NCBI GenBank assembly: GCA_034933205.1
Contig: JAYFNY010000001.1
Location: 79,920-143,919 of the forward strand
Direction of reading: 5' to 3'
Length of the DNA stretch: 64,000 bases
Origin: Eubacteriales bacterium
GTDB lineage: Bacteria; Bacillota; Clostridia; Christensenellales; CAG-138
The notes beneath the pieces are model-generated. The model was not told where the DNA came from. It saw only the letters and a list, made by a program, of their open reading frames with translations, and ran no database searches. The translations under genes and the position numbers were made by a program. Of this stretch, positions 1 to 8,728 are shown one piece after another; within the stretch, counting starts at the first letter, position 1; every line of letters starts with the position of its first letter.

Positions 1-2
1 GG

Positions 3-335
3 CTCGTCGGTGCGCTGGCGGATATCAAGCGGCTCTATTCCAAAGAGCCTACGGAGTTTTTTATTGCGGAGTACATTTCGCCGATCGTTGCGGCGACGCC
101 GCAAGCCGCGTTCTATGCCGATAAGGAATCCCTGCCGATTTGCGATTCGGTGGGCCGCGTTTGCAGCGAGTTTGTCATGTGCTATCCGCCGGGGATCCCG
201 ATTCTTTCGCCGGGCGAGGTCATCACGAAGGAGATCGTGGATTATATCCTCTACGCGCAGGCAAAGGGCAGCAGCATGCAGGGGCCGGAAGATCCGGATA
301 TCCGGCATTTAAACGTGCTCAGGCGCGGTGTGTAA
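3..335 (+). CDS. speA: Arginine decarboxylase (PLP-dependent Orn/Lys/Arg decarboxylase family), C-terminal fragment; 5' end outside the window
   Basis: Frame 3 is open from the window edge to TAA at 333-335. The tail ...SVGRVCSEFVMCYPPGIPILSPGEVITKEIVDYILYAQAKGSSMQGPEDPDIRHLNV is the conserved C-terminal domain of Orn/Lys/Arg decarboxylases. It heads a polyamine operon. Confidence 0.8.
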   Translation, partial: LVGALADIKRLYSKEPTEFFIAEYISPIVAATPQAAFYADKESLPICDSVGRVCSEFVMCYPPGIPILSPGEVITKEIVDYILYAQAKGSSMQGPEDPDIRHLNVLRRGV

Positions 336-416
336 TTCATGGAGCTCCGCTTTTGCGATTTGCGCGCGCGGTGTTCGCAGCCGTGTTTTCCGAATAAGAA
401 AAGGGGGTGTTGAAAA

Positions 417-1274
417 ATGGAATTCTGGTTTAACGATATGCACACGCAGAATGTGCAGCTCTCGATTCGGGTGGAGCAGCAGCTCTTTTCCGGCGAGAGC
501 GACTATCAGCGCATCGACGTGTTCGATTCCCCCGAGTTCGGGCGGTTCCTCGCCTCGGACGGCAGCGTGATCTTTTCGGAAAAGGACGAGTTCACCTATG
601 ACGAGATGATCGTCCACGTGCCTATGGCGGTGCACCCGAACGTGAAGCGCGTCCTTGTGATCGGCGGCGGGGACGGCGGCGTGGCGCGCGAGCTGACGCA
701 CTACGAGGAGGTCGAGTCCATCGACGTGGTGGAACAGGACAAACTCTTCGTGGACGTTTGCCGGAAGTTCTTTCCCGCCAACGCCTGCGGGCTCGACGAC
801 CCGCGCGTGAAGATTTACTATCAGGACGGTTTGCGGTTCCTGCGTTCCAAGCAGGACGATTACGACCTGATCATCAACGACGCGACCGATCCGCTGGGGC
901 ATACGGCGGGACTCTTTACGAAGGAGTTTTACGGCAGCTGCTATAAAGCGCTGCACGAGGACGGCATTATGGTGTATCAGCACGGCAGTCCGTTTTTTGA
1001 CGAGGACGAGGACCCCTGCCGCGCGATGCACAAGAAGGCATACCGTAGCTTTCCCATCAGCCGCGTGTATCAGGCGCACATTCCGACCTGCCCCGCGGGC
1101 TACTGGCTCTTTGGATTCGCTTCCAAGAAATACCATCCGCTGGAACATTTCGACAGGAAGCGCTGGGAAGAGCGAGGGATCAAAACCTGGTACTATACGG
1201 CAAACCTGCATGTCGGCGCGTTTATGCTGCCGCGCTATGTGGAAGACTTATTGGAGGAGGAAGAAAATTCATGA
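417..1274 (+). CDS. speE: Spermidine synthase-family aminopropyltransferase
   Basis: 285-aa ORF with the VLVIGGGDGGVAREL nucleotide-binding loop and IINDATDP motif typical of SpeE. AGGGGGTG RBS about 7 nt upstream of the ATG. Confidence 0.9.
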   Translation: MEFWFNDMHTQNVQLSIRVEQQLFSGESDYQRIDVFDSPEFGRFLASDGSVIFSEKDEFTYDEMIVHVPMAVHPNVKRVLVIGGGDGGVARELTHYEEVESIDVVEQDKLFVDVCRKFFPANACGLDDPRVKIYYQDGLRFLRSKQDDYDLIINDATDPLGHTAGLFTKEFYGSCYKALHEDGIMVYQHGSPFFDEDEDPCRAMHKKAYRSFPISRVYQAHIPTCPAGYWLFGFASKKYHPLEHFDRKRWEERGIKTWYYTANLHVGAFMLPRYVEDLLEEEENS

Positions 1275-2533
1275 ACAACAAACTGCTTGTGATCGGCTGC
1301 GGCGGCGTCGCCTCGGTCGCCATTCAAAAATGCTGCCAGAACAGCGCTCAGTTTCCCGAACTCGTGCTCGCGAGCCGCACGAAATCGAAGTGCGACGCGC
1401 TGATTGCCTCCCTGCTTGGGAAAACCAGCACGAAGCTTTCCTCCGCGCAGGTGGATGCGGACCACGCGGACGAGGTGGCCGAACTCATTCGCCGCGTGCA
1501 GCCGACGGCCGTGCTCAACGTCGCCCTGCCGTATCAGGATCTGGCGATCATGGAAGCGTGCCTTCGCTGCGGCGTGGATTACATCGATACCGCGAATTAC
1601 GAACCGGAACGCACGGATGATCCCGCCTGGCGCGCGCTTTACGAAAAACGGGTCGAGGAGGCGGGCTTTTCTGCGCTGTTCGACTACAGTTATCAGTGGG
1701 CGTATGCCAAAAAATTTGAGGAAGCGGGGCTGACCGCGCTGCTTGGGACGGGGTTTGATCCGGGCGTGACCAGCGTGTTCGTTTCCTACGCGAAGAAGCA
1801 TTTTTTCGACCGCATCGAATCGGTGGACATCCTCGACTGCAACGGCGGCGATCACGGCTACCCATTCGCCACGAACTTCAACCCGGAGATCAACCTGCGC
1901 GAGGTTTCCGCACCGGGCAGTTACTGGGAAAACGGCAGATGGATCGAAATCCCCGCCATGAGCGTCAAGCGCGAGTACGACTTTCCCGAAGTCGGGAAAA
2001 AGGACATGTACCTGCTGCACCACGAGGAGATCGAAGCGCTTGCGAAGCACTACCCGGAGATCAAGCGCATCCGCTTCTTTATGACCTTTGGCCAAAGCTA
2101 CCTGACGCATATGAAATGCCTGGAAAACGTCGGCATGCTCTCCACCGAGCCGGTCGAATTCCAGGGGCAGAAGATCGTGCCGATTCAGTTCCTAAAGGCG
2201 CTGCTGCCCGACCCCGCGTCGCTCGGTCCGCGCACGAAGGGCAAAACGAATATCGGCTGCGTGATCTCCGGCCTGAAGAACGGCAGACGGAAGACGATTT
2301 TTATCTACAACGTCTGCGACCACGAGGCGTGTTACCGCGAACTGGGCAGCCAGGCCATCAGCTATACCACGGGGGTGCCGGCGATGATCGGTGCGGCGCT
2401 CGTGACGAGCGGCGCATGGAAAAAGCCCGGCGTTTTCACCACGGACGAGTTCGATCCCGATCCCTATATGGAAATGCTGAACAAGTGGGGATTACCCTGG
2501 ATGGTAAACGAGAATCCGGAGACGGTAGAATAA
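1271..2533 (+). CDS. Carboxy(nor)spermidine dehydrogenase/synthase (saccharopine dehydrogenase-like)
   Basis: 420-aa ORF whose start overlaps the speE stop (ATGA). N-terminal Rossmann segment LLVIGCGGVASV. Length and the decarboxylase partner immediately downstream fit the CASDH/CANSDH step of the alternative spermidine route. Confidence 0.85.
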   Translation: MNNKLLVIGCGGVASVAIQKCCQNSAQFPELVLASRTKSKCDALIASLLGKTSTKLSSAQVDADHADEVAELIRRVQPTAVLNVALPYQDLAIMEACLRCGVDYIDTANYEPERTDDPAWRALYEKRVEEAGFSALFDYSYQWAYAKKFEEAGLTALLGTGFDPGVTSVFVSYAKKHFFDRIESVDILDCNGGDHGYPFATNFNPEINLREVSAPGSYWENGRWIEIPAMSVKREYDFPEVGKKDMYLLHHEEIEALAKHYPEIKRIRFFMTFGQSYLTHMKCLENVGMLSTEPVEFQGQKIVPIQFLKALLPDPASLGPRTKGKTNIGCVISGLKNGRRKTIFIYNVCDHEACYRELGSQAISYTTGVPAMIGAALVTSGAWKKPGVFTTDEFDPDPYMEMLNKWGLPWMVNENPETVE

Positions 2534-2603
2534 CGGGTAAAACAGGGCGTTTTCATATTATACCCCGCGTGGTAAACACGAAATTCGAAGTATGGAGCAG
2601 AGA

Positions 2604-3731
2604 ATGAAGCGTTCCGAACTGCCAACGCCGTGCTTTGTGGTCGGCGAAGCGGCTCTTAGAAAGAATCTGGAAATCCTTTCCGGCCTACAGCGGCGGACGG
2701 GCTGTAAAGTCCTGCTCGCGCAGAAGGCGTTTTCCATGTTTTCCGTTTACCCGCTTCTTGCGAAGTACCTTTCCGGCGCCTCCGCGAGCGGGCTGTATGA
2801 AGCGCGTCTTGCCAAGGAGGAGATGGGCGGCGAGAACCATGTGTTTTCACCCGCCTATACCGATGCGGAGATGGAGAAACTGGTCGGAATTTGCGACCAT
2901 ATCGTGTTCAACTCTTTTTCGCAGCTGGAGCGGCACCGGGCGCGCTGGCAAAAATCCGGCGCAAGCGTCGGCATCCGCGTGAACCCGGAATGCAGTACGC
3001 AGCAGGGGCATGAAATCTACGACCCCTGCGCGCCGTTTTCCCGCCTCGGCGTTACGCGGGCAAACTTCCGGCCGGATTTGCTGGACGGTGTGGAAGGGTT
3101 GCATTTCCATACCCTCTGCGAGCAGAACAGCGGCGACCTCGTGCGGACGTTCGAAGCGTTCGAGCGCGCGTTCGGCGAGTTTCTGCCGCGCATGAAATGG
3201 CTGAATCTCGGCGGCGGGCACCACATCACAAAACCGGACTACGACATTTCCGCGCTGGACGAACTGCTGTATTACATCCGCGCAAAATATGGTCTGCAGG
3301 TCTATCTGGAACCCGGCGAGGCGGTCGCGCTCAATGCCGGATGGCTCGATACCACCGTGCTGGACGTGGTGGAGAACGGCATGCCGATTCTGATTTTGGA
3401 TACGTCCGCCGCGTGCCATATGCCGGACGTTCTGGAGATGCCCTACCGTCCGCCGCTTCCGGGTGCGGGCGAGCCGGGCGAAAAGGCGGTCACCTGCCGC
3501 CTCGCGGCGCGGACGTGCCTTGCCGGCGACGTGATTGGCGACTACAGCCTCGACTCCCTGCCGCGGATCGGCGACCGGCTTACGTTCGGCGATATGGCGA
3601 TCTACAGCATGGTAAAGACGAACACCTTTAACGGCATGCCCCTGCCCGCCATTGCGCTCCTGCGCGAAGACGGGGACTGCGAACTGGTGAGAACGTTTGA
3701 TTACGAAGATTTTAAGGGGAGGCTGTCCTGA
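2604..3731 (+). CDS. nspC: Carboxy(nor)spermidine decarboxylase (PLP-dependent, alanine-racemase fold)
   Basis: ORF 2592-3731. ATG 2604 is preferred because GGAG lies about 6 nt upstream, while ATG 2592 has no RBS. About 375 aa with group IV decarboxylase-like sequence (KAFSMF..., NLGGGH, EPGEAV), directly downstream of CASDH. Confidence 0.85.
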   Translation: MKRSELPTPCFVVGEAALRKNLEILSGLQRRTGCKVLLAQKAFSMFSVYPLLAKYLSGASASGLYEARLAKEEMGGENHVFSPAYTDAEMEKLVGICDHIVFNSFSQLERHRARWQKSGASVGIRVNPECSTQQGHEIYDPCAPFSRLGVTRANFRPDLLDGVEGLHFHTLCEQNSGDLVRTFEAFERAFGEFLPRMKWLNLGGGHHITKPDYDISALDELLYYIRAKYGLQVYLEPGEAVALNAGWLDTTVLDVVENGMPILILDTSAACHMPDVLEMPYRPPLPGAGEPGEKAVTCRLAARTCLAGDVIGDYSLDSLPRIGDRLTFGDMAIYSMVKTNTFNGMPLPAIALLREDGDCELVRTFDYEDFKGRLS

Positions 3732-3732
3732 T

Positions 3733-4878
3733 ATGCTGCATACGTTGCCCGCAGACGAGGGATTCTTCATGCCTGCCGAGTTTTCTCCGCAGGGGGGCGT
3801 GCTGCTGGTCTGGCCCGTTCGGGCGGGCAGCTGGGGCGTCGATCCGCGGGGAGCGCAGGCCGTGTTCTGCGCGGTGATGCGCGCGGCAAGCGGGAGCGAG
3901 CGCGTCTTTCTGCTCGCAGACCGGAAGCATGTCGAAGAAGCGCGCGCGCAGGCGGGCGGTTTTGCGACGGTGATCGGGATCGAAACCGACGACGCGTGGG
4001 CGCGCGATATCGGGCCGACGTTTGTAACGAACGGCAGCGTCGTGCGCGGCGTGAACTGGCGATTCAACGCCTGGGGCGGCAGGGTGGACGGTCTCTACGC
4101 CGACTGGTCAAAGGACGACGCGGCGGCGGAATCGTTCTGCCGATCGATCGCTCTGGACTGCTACGACGCGGGCGATTTTGTTCTGGAAGGCGGCTCCATC
4201 TGTTCGGATGGCGAGGGAACGCTGCTTGTGACCGAAAGCTGCCTGCTCAGCGCCGGGCGCAATCCGGACTTGACGAAACCCCAGATCGAGCAAAAGCTGA
4301 AGGGGTATCTCGGCGCTGAAAAGGTGCTTTGGCTGCCGAGGGGCATTTACAACGACGAGACGAACGAGCACGTTGACAACGTCTGCGCGTTTATCGCGCC
4401 CGGCGAGGTCGTGCTCGCCTGGACGGACGACGAAACCGACCCGCAGTACCCGTTGAGCCGCGCGGACTACGACTATCTGGCCGCGCAAACCGACGCGCGG
4501 GGGCGGGCGCTCGTGATCCATAAGCTGCCGATTCCCGAGCATCCCGTCTGCGTAACGGCGAGGGACCTGGCAAACTTCACGTTTGAGGAAGGCGAGGACC
4601 CGCTGGAAGTCGGGCAGCGGCTTGCCGCAAGCTATGTGAATTTTTACTTTACCAACGATTCGGTCCTGCTGCCGCAGTTCGGCGGAGAAAACGCCGCGTC
4701 GGACGCGCGCGCGGTCGAAATCCTGCGCCGCCTCTGTCCCGCGCGAAAGATCGTGCCGGTCGAATCGCGCGTCCTTTTGCTCGGCGGCGGAAACATCCAC
4801 TGCATTACCCAGCAGATCCCGAAAGGATCGCATATAGAACGGAACAACGCGACGGTCCGGAGGATTCCGGAACGATAA
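3733..4878 (+). CDS. aguA: Agmatine deiminase
   Basis: ATG 3733 is 2 nt after the nspC stop, whereas the 3697 ATG lies inside nspC. Agmatine deiminase hallmarks: FFMPAEFSPQ, WARDIGPTFV, NAWGG, EGGSI..DGEGT, NEHVDN, and the C-terminal catalytic Cys motif GGGNIHCITQQ. Confidence 0.85.
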   Translation: MLHTLPADEGFFMPAEFSPQGGVLLVWPVRAGSWGVDPRGAQAVFCAVMRAASGSERVFLLADRKHVEEARAQAGGFATVIGIETDDAWARDIGPTFVTNGSVVRGVNWRFNAWGGRVDGLYADWSKDDAAAESFCRSIALDCYDAGDFVLEGGSICSDGEGTLLVTESCLLSAGRNPDLTKPQIEQKLKGYLGAEKVLWLPRGIYNDETNEHVDNVCAFIAPGEVVLAWTDDETDPQYPLSRADYDYLAAQTDARGRALVIHKLPIPEHPVCVTARDLANFTFEEGEDPLEVGQRLAASYVNFYFTNDSVLLPQFGGENAASDARAVEILRRLCPARKIVPVESRVLLLGGGNIHCITQQIPKGSHIERNNATVRRIPER

Positions 4879-4929
4879 ATTTCCGAAGAAGGACTGTGAT
4901 TTCCTGGAAATCCCGAAAGGAGTATGGAT

Positions 4930-5805
4930 ATGAGCGAAACCACCGTTGCCGCCATTCAGATGCGGATGACGGAAAACCCCGCCGAAAACCTTGCCCATGC
5001 CGAGGCTCTTGTGCGCGAGGCGGCGGCGCAGGGCGCGAATATCGCGCTGCTGCCGGAGCTGTTCGAACGGCCTTACTTCTGCCAGGAACGGCGATACGAA
5101 TTTCTGGAATACGCGCTGCCGGTTTCGGAAAATCCTGCGGTGCTGCGCATGCGGAAAGTGGCGAAGGAGCTTGGCGTCGTGCTGCCCGTCAGTTTTTATG
5201 AACGGGACGGAAACCGTCCGTATAATTCCGTCGCGATGATCGACGCGGACGGAAGCCTGCTCGGCGTCTACCGCAAAACGCATATTCCGGACGATCACTA
5301 CTACCAGGAAAAATTCTATTTTTCACCGGGGGACACGGGCTTTCGCGTATTCGAAACGCACTTTGGACGCGTCGGCGCGGGGATTTGCTGGGATCAGTGG
5401 TTCCCGGAAGCCGCGCGGGCCATGGCGCTGCTCGGCGCGGACGTGCTGCTCTATCCGACCGCCATCGGGTCCGAGCCGATCCTCAACCTCGACAGCATGC
5501 CGCACTGGCGGCGTGTGATGCAGGGACACGCGGCGGCAAACATCCTGCCCGTGGCCGCGGCCAACCGCGTGGGCGAGGAACGTGTTTCACCCTGTGTGGA
5601 AAACGGAATGCAACAGAGCGCGCTCAGCTTTTACGGTTCGTCGTTTCTGACCGATGAAACGGGCGCGGTGCTTTCGCAGGGCGACCGGGAAAACGAAACT
5701 GTGTTGATTGCGCGGTACGATTTTGAGCAGATCCGCAGGGAGCGCCGCAATTGGGGGCTGTTCCGCGACCGCCGCCCGGAGTGTTACGCGGCGCTGACGC
5801 GCTGA
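4930..5805 (+). CDS. aguB: N-carbamoylputrescine amidase (CN-hydrolase/nitrilase superfamily)
   Basis: ORF 4924-5805. The second ATG (4930) sits 7 nt from AAAGGAG. Glu-Lys-Cys triad contexts are LLPELF, YRKTHIP and GAGICWDQWFPE. It follows aguA. Confidence 0.85.
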   Translation: MSETTVAAIQMRMTENPAENLAHAEALVREAAAQGANIALLPELFERPYFCQERRYEFLEYALPVSENPAVLRMRKVAKELGVVLPVSFYERDGNRPYNSVAMIDADGSLLGVYRKTHIPDDHYYQEKFYFSPGDTGFRVFETHFGRVGAGICWDQWFPEAARAMALLGADVLLYPTAIGSEPILNLDSMPHWRRVMQGHAAANILPVAAANRVGEERVSPCVENGMQQSALSFYGSSFLTDETGAVLSQGDRENETVLIARYDFEQIRRERRNWGLFRDRRPECYAALTR

Positions 5806-5835
5806 CTGCGCAGGGCTTGTTTCGCATATCTATAA

Positions 5836-6050
5836 TACCGATCGTGCGAAACTTCTGGTGGGTTCACCTTTGCTTTATCCGAACACCGATCGCGTAAAAG
5901 CTTTTGGTTAACATTCTTTTGCTTTCTCCGAACACCGATCGTGCAAAAGCCTTTGGTTAACATTCTTCTGCTTTTTTCGAACACCGATCGCGTAAAAGCT
6001 TTGGTTAACATTCTTCTGCTTTATCCGAACACCGATCGCGTAAAAAAAAC
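5836..6050. repeat. Intergenic tandem repeat array, about 49-bp unit, about 4.5 copies
   Basis: Units at 5836-5879 (degenerate), 5880-5928, 5929-5977, 5978-6025 and 6026-~6050 (truncated). Consensus CGAACACCGATCGCGTAAAAGCTTTTGGTTAACATTCTTYTGCTTTNTY, read directly from the sequence. Confidence 0.9.
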
Positions 6051-6103
6051 GGAAAACGGGTATTGCTTTTGTAATTTACCCGTGATATGATCTCTTTGTC
6101 ACG

Positions 6104-6176
6104 AATGATAGCGCTAACATTTCAAATTGATCTGTTCACGCTTTTCTTTTTCCGGTATAATGATAGCGCTATCATT
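6104..6176 (+). promoter_or_regulatory. Two LacI-type palindromic operators flanking/overlapping a TATAAT -10 box
   Basis: AATGATAGCGCTAACATT at 6104-6121 is an imperfect palindrome. AATGATAGCGCTATCATT at 6159-6176 is a perfect 18-bp palindrome. TATAAT at 6156-6161 overlaps the second site. Both fit the TGnnAnCGnTnnCA LacI/CcpA-type operator pattern, just upstream of the LacI-family gene. Confidence 0.7.
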
Positions 6177-6194
6177 ACGTAAAGGCAGTTGATT

Positions 6195-7172
6195 ATGATG
6201 AGACTTGAAGACGTCGCCAAACTGGCGGGGGTATCCACGATCACCGTATCCAGGGTGATCAATTCCCCGGAACTCGTGAAACCTGCTACGCGCGAGAAAG
6301 TGGAGCATGCGCTCGCGGAACTCAACTATGTGCAGAACCCCGTCGCCCGCGCGCTGGCGTCCAACCGGATCGGCATCATCGCCGTCTACATTCCCGCATC
6401 CATCGATCTGACCAACCCGTTCGTTATGCACTTTGTCGCCGGCATCAGCGAGGTGCTCAGCAGACATGTGTATTCCTTCCTGATCCGGCGGGAGCTGAAC
6501 ACGGAGCACCTTTGCGACGGGTACATCGCGACCGGTCTTCTCAAGGACGAGGTCGGCGTGCTTTACCAGTACACAAAGGAACGCAGCCGTCCGCTGGTGC
6601 TTTTCGGACACACCGACCACCCGGATATCGACTGCATCGACGTGGACAACGTAGCCGGTGCGAGAAAGATAACGCAGCTGCTGCTGGAAAACGGCCACCG
6701 CGCGATTGCCATGATCAACGTCGACGAGGACAAGGACTATACCGCGGACCGTGCGCTCGGCTTTACCCGCGCGCTGGAAACGGCGGGCATCGATCCTGCC
6801 GGCTGCCCGCAGATCTCGGCGCAAAACAACGTGGACGGCGGATATCTCGCCATGAAGCGCATCCTCATGGAGCATCCCGGCTGCACGGGCGTATTCTGCG
6901 CGACGGATACCCTCGCCATCGGTGCGGCGAACGCCGTCGTCAAAGCGGGAAAGAAGATTCCCGCGGACGTTTCGCTCGTCGGGTTCGACGGCCTCGGCCA
7001 CGATCTGCTCGTGCGGCCCAACGTCACCACTGTGCATCAGCCGGTTTACGAAATCGGGATGCGGCTGGCGGAAACGCTCATTGCCCGTCTCAACGGCGAA
7101 AAGAAGCGCGTCAAAGCGCTGGTGGAGCCGGATCTCATCGAGCGCGAAAGCGTTCTGCGGCTTGGCGCGTAA
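6195..7172 (+). CDS. LacI-family transcriptional regulator
   Basis: N-terminal HTH MRLEDVAKLAGVSTITVSRVIN followed by a periplasmic-binding-protein-like sugar-binding core. The track ORF starts at TTG 6189, but ATG 6195/6198 is more likely (AAAGG about 9 nt upstream). Confidence 0.9.
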   Translation: MMRLEDVAKLAGVSTITVSRVINSPELVKPATREKVEHALAELNYVQNPVARALASNRIGIIAVYIPASIDLTNPFVMHFVAGISEVLSRHVYSFLIRRELNTEHLCDGYIATGLLKDEVGVLYQYTKERSRPLVLFGHTDHPDIDCIDVDNVAGARKITQLLLENGHRAIAMINVDEDKDYTADRALGFTRALETAGIDPAGCPQISAQNNVDGGYLAMKRILMEHPGCTGVFCATDTLAIGAANAVVKAGKKIPADVSLVGFDGLGHDLLVRPNVTTVHQPVYEIGMRLAETLIARLNGEKKRVKALVEPDLIERESVLRLGA

Positions 7173-7281
7173 AAAACGGCGAAACGGCGGCGGGCGGCAT
7201 CTACCTTTGGCTGAATTCGGAAACGATTTTCAGAATATGGAATGCAAAAGCATTTCAGCAGAATAAAGGAGGAGAGAATCC

Positions 7282-8610
7282 ATGAAAAAGACCCTTGCTA
7301 TGGTTCTTGCGCTGGCGCTGATGCTCGGCACGTTCGCCTGCGCGGGCACCCCCGCGGCTGAAACGACGCCAACGGACACGGCGGCTGCGGAAGCGACCGA
7401 ACCCGTTGCCGAAGCGACCGAAGCGCCCGTCGACCCGGCTACGCTGAGCGGCACCATTACCGTATGGTCCTCCGGCGAGGAACTGACCCGGTTCGTGGAA
7501 GGCTTTAACGCCGTCTACCCGAACATCAAGGTGGAAGTTACCGTCGTTCCGAACGCGGAGTTTTTGACCAAGCTGTCCACGGCGATCAGCGGCGGACAGG
7601 CGCCGGATCTGTTCACCGGCGAATCGGACTATGTCAAATACCTCGTCGAAACGCCCTACTGGGCCGATCTGAGCCAGTTTGGCGCCGACCAGTATAAGGA
7701 CAACGTTTGGGAATATGTGTGGAATATCGGCACCGACTCCAAGGGCGTAACCAAAGCCCTGAGCTGGCAGGCTTCCCCGGGCGGCGTCATCTACCGGCGC
7801 GATATCGCCAAGACCGTTCTTGGAACCGACGATCCGGCCGCCGTTGGCGAAATGCTGAATAGCAACGCCAAGATGATGGAAGTCGCCGCGAAGATGGCGC
7901 AAAACGGCGTAAAGATGTTCGCCACCTGGCAGGACATCATGAATATGGAGTTCACCAACCGCGCGGGTGCGTGGGTGACGGACGGCCAGCTTTCGATCGA
8001 CGCGAATCTGCTGGAATATATGGACATGGCGAAGTCGATTGTCGATAATGGATACGATAAGAACTGCGATCCGTGGAGCGGCGAATGGTATGCCGCCGTC
8101 GAGAGCAGCGACTGCTTCTGCTATATCCTGCCGACATGGGGATATCAGTTCCTCATCAAGCCTTCCGCGGTGACCACGAGCGGCCAGTGGGCCATGTGCG
8201 AAGCGCCGGTTCCCTACGTCAAGGGCGGCACATGGGTCGGCATTTACGACGGCAGCCAGAACAAGGAACTGGCGTGGCTCTTCCTGCAGTATTGCACGCT
8301 GAACGAGGATTCCGTGAAAGCCTACGCCAGCCAGTACGGCGAATACGTTGCGCTCAAGAGCGTGGATGAAGCGCTCGCCAAGGAGCAGGGCGACGCGGTT
8401 CTCGGCGGACAGAACCTCTACGAGTTCTACAACGGCGTAATGGCCAAGATCCCCGCGGACCTGATGACGCAGTACGACGGTACGCTCAACAATGCTTTCC
8501 TCTCCGCCGTGAAATCCTATGTTTCCGGCGCGATGACAAAGGACGAGGCGATCGCCCAGTTCAAGGCGGACGCGCTCAACGCTTACCCGGATCTGACGAT
8601 CGCGGAATAA
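7282..8610 (+). CDS. ABC transporter extracellular sugar-binding protein (family 1 SBP), probable lipoprotein
   Basis: AAAGGAGGAG RBS. Signal peptide MKKTLAMVLALALMLGTFAC followed by a low-complexity T/A/E/P linker. About 440 aa, typical for CUT1 SBPs, and followed by two permease genes. Confidence 0.85.
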   Translation: MKKTLAMVLALALMLGTFACAGTPAAETTPTDTAAAEATEPVAEATEAPVDPATLSGTITVWSSGEELTRFVEGFNAVYPNIKVEVTVVPNAEFLTKLSTAISGGQAPDLFTGESDYVKYLVETPYWADLSQFGADQYKDNVWEYVWNIGTDSKGVTKALSWQASPGGVIYRRDIAKTVLGTDDPAAVGEMLNSNAKMMEVAAKMAQNGVKMFATWQDIMNMEFTNRAGAWVTDGQLSIDANLLEYMDMAKSIVDNGYDKNCDPWSGEWYAAVESSDCFCYILPTWGYQFLIKPSAVTTSGQWAMCEAPVPYVKGGTWVGIYDGSQNKELAWLFLQYCTLNEDSVKAYASQYGEYVALKSVDEALAKEQGDAVLGGQNLYEFYNGVMAKIPADLMTQYDGTLNNAFLSAVKSYVSGAMTKDEAIAQFKADALNAYPDLTIAE

Positions 8611-8623
8611 CCGCACTGCTGCC

Positions 8624-8658
8624 GGGGCTGCCGCCTGACGGCGGCGGCCCCGCTTTTC
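8624..8658 (+). terminator. GC-rich hairpin after the SBP gene (partial terminator/attenuator within the operon)
   Basis: GGGGCTGCCGCC-tgac-GGCGGCGGCCCC followed by GCTTTTCGCC. The position between the SBP and permease genes is typical for differential-expression hairpins. Confidence 0.5.
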
Positions 8659-8728
8659 GCCGAAACGCGCAAAACGGCGCCGGAACTTTACCCGAAGACG
8701 ATCTTGACCGAAAGGGGGAAATCCCACC

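Noticed and set aside
5784-6011. 75-aa minus-strand ORF across the tandem repeat
   Set aside because: Its sequence is just the repeat translated (MLTKAF..MLTKGF..). It has no RBS and lies in an intergenic repeat, so it is an artefact.
5836-6050. Possible CRISPR array because of regularly spaced repeats
   Set aside because: The units abut one another with no unique spacers. The whole about 49-bp period is the repeat, and no cas genes are nearby, so it is called a plain tandem repeat.
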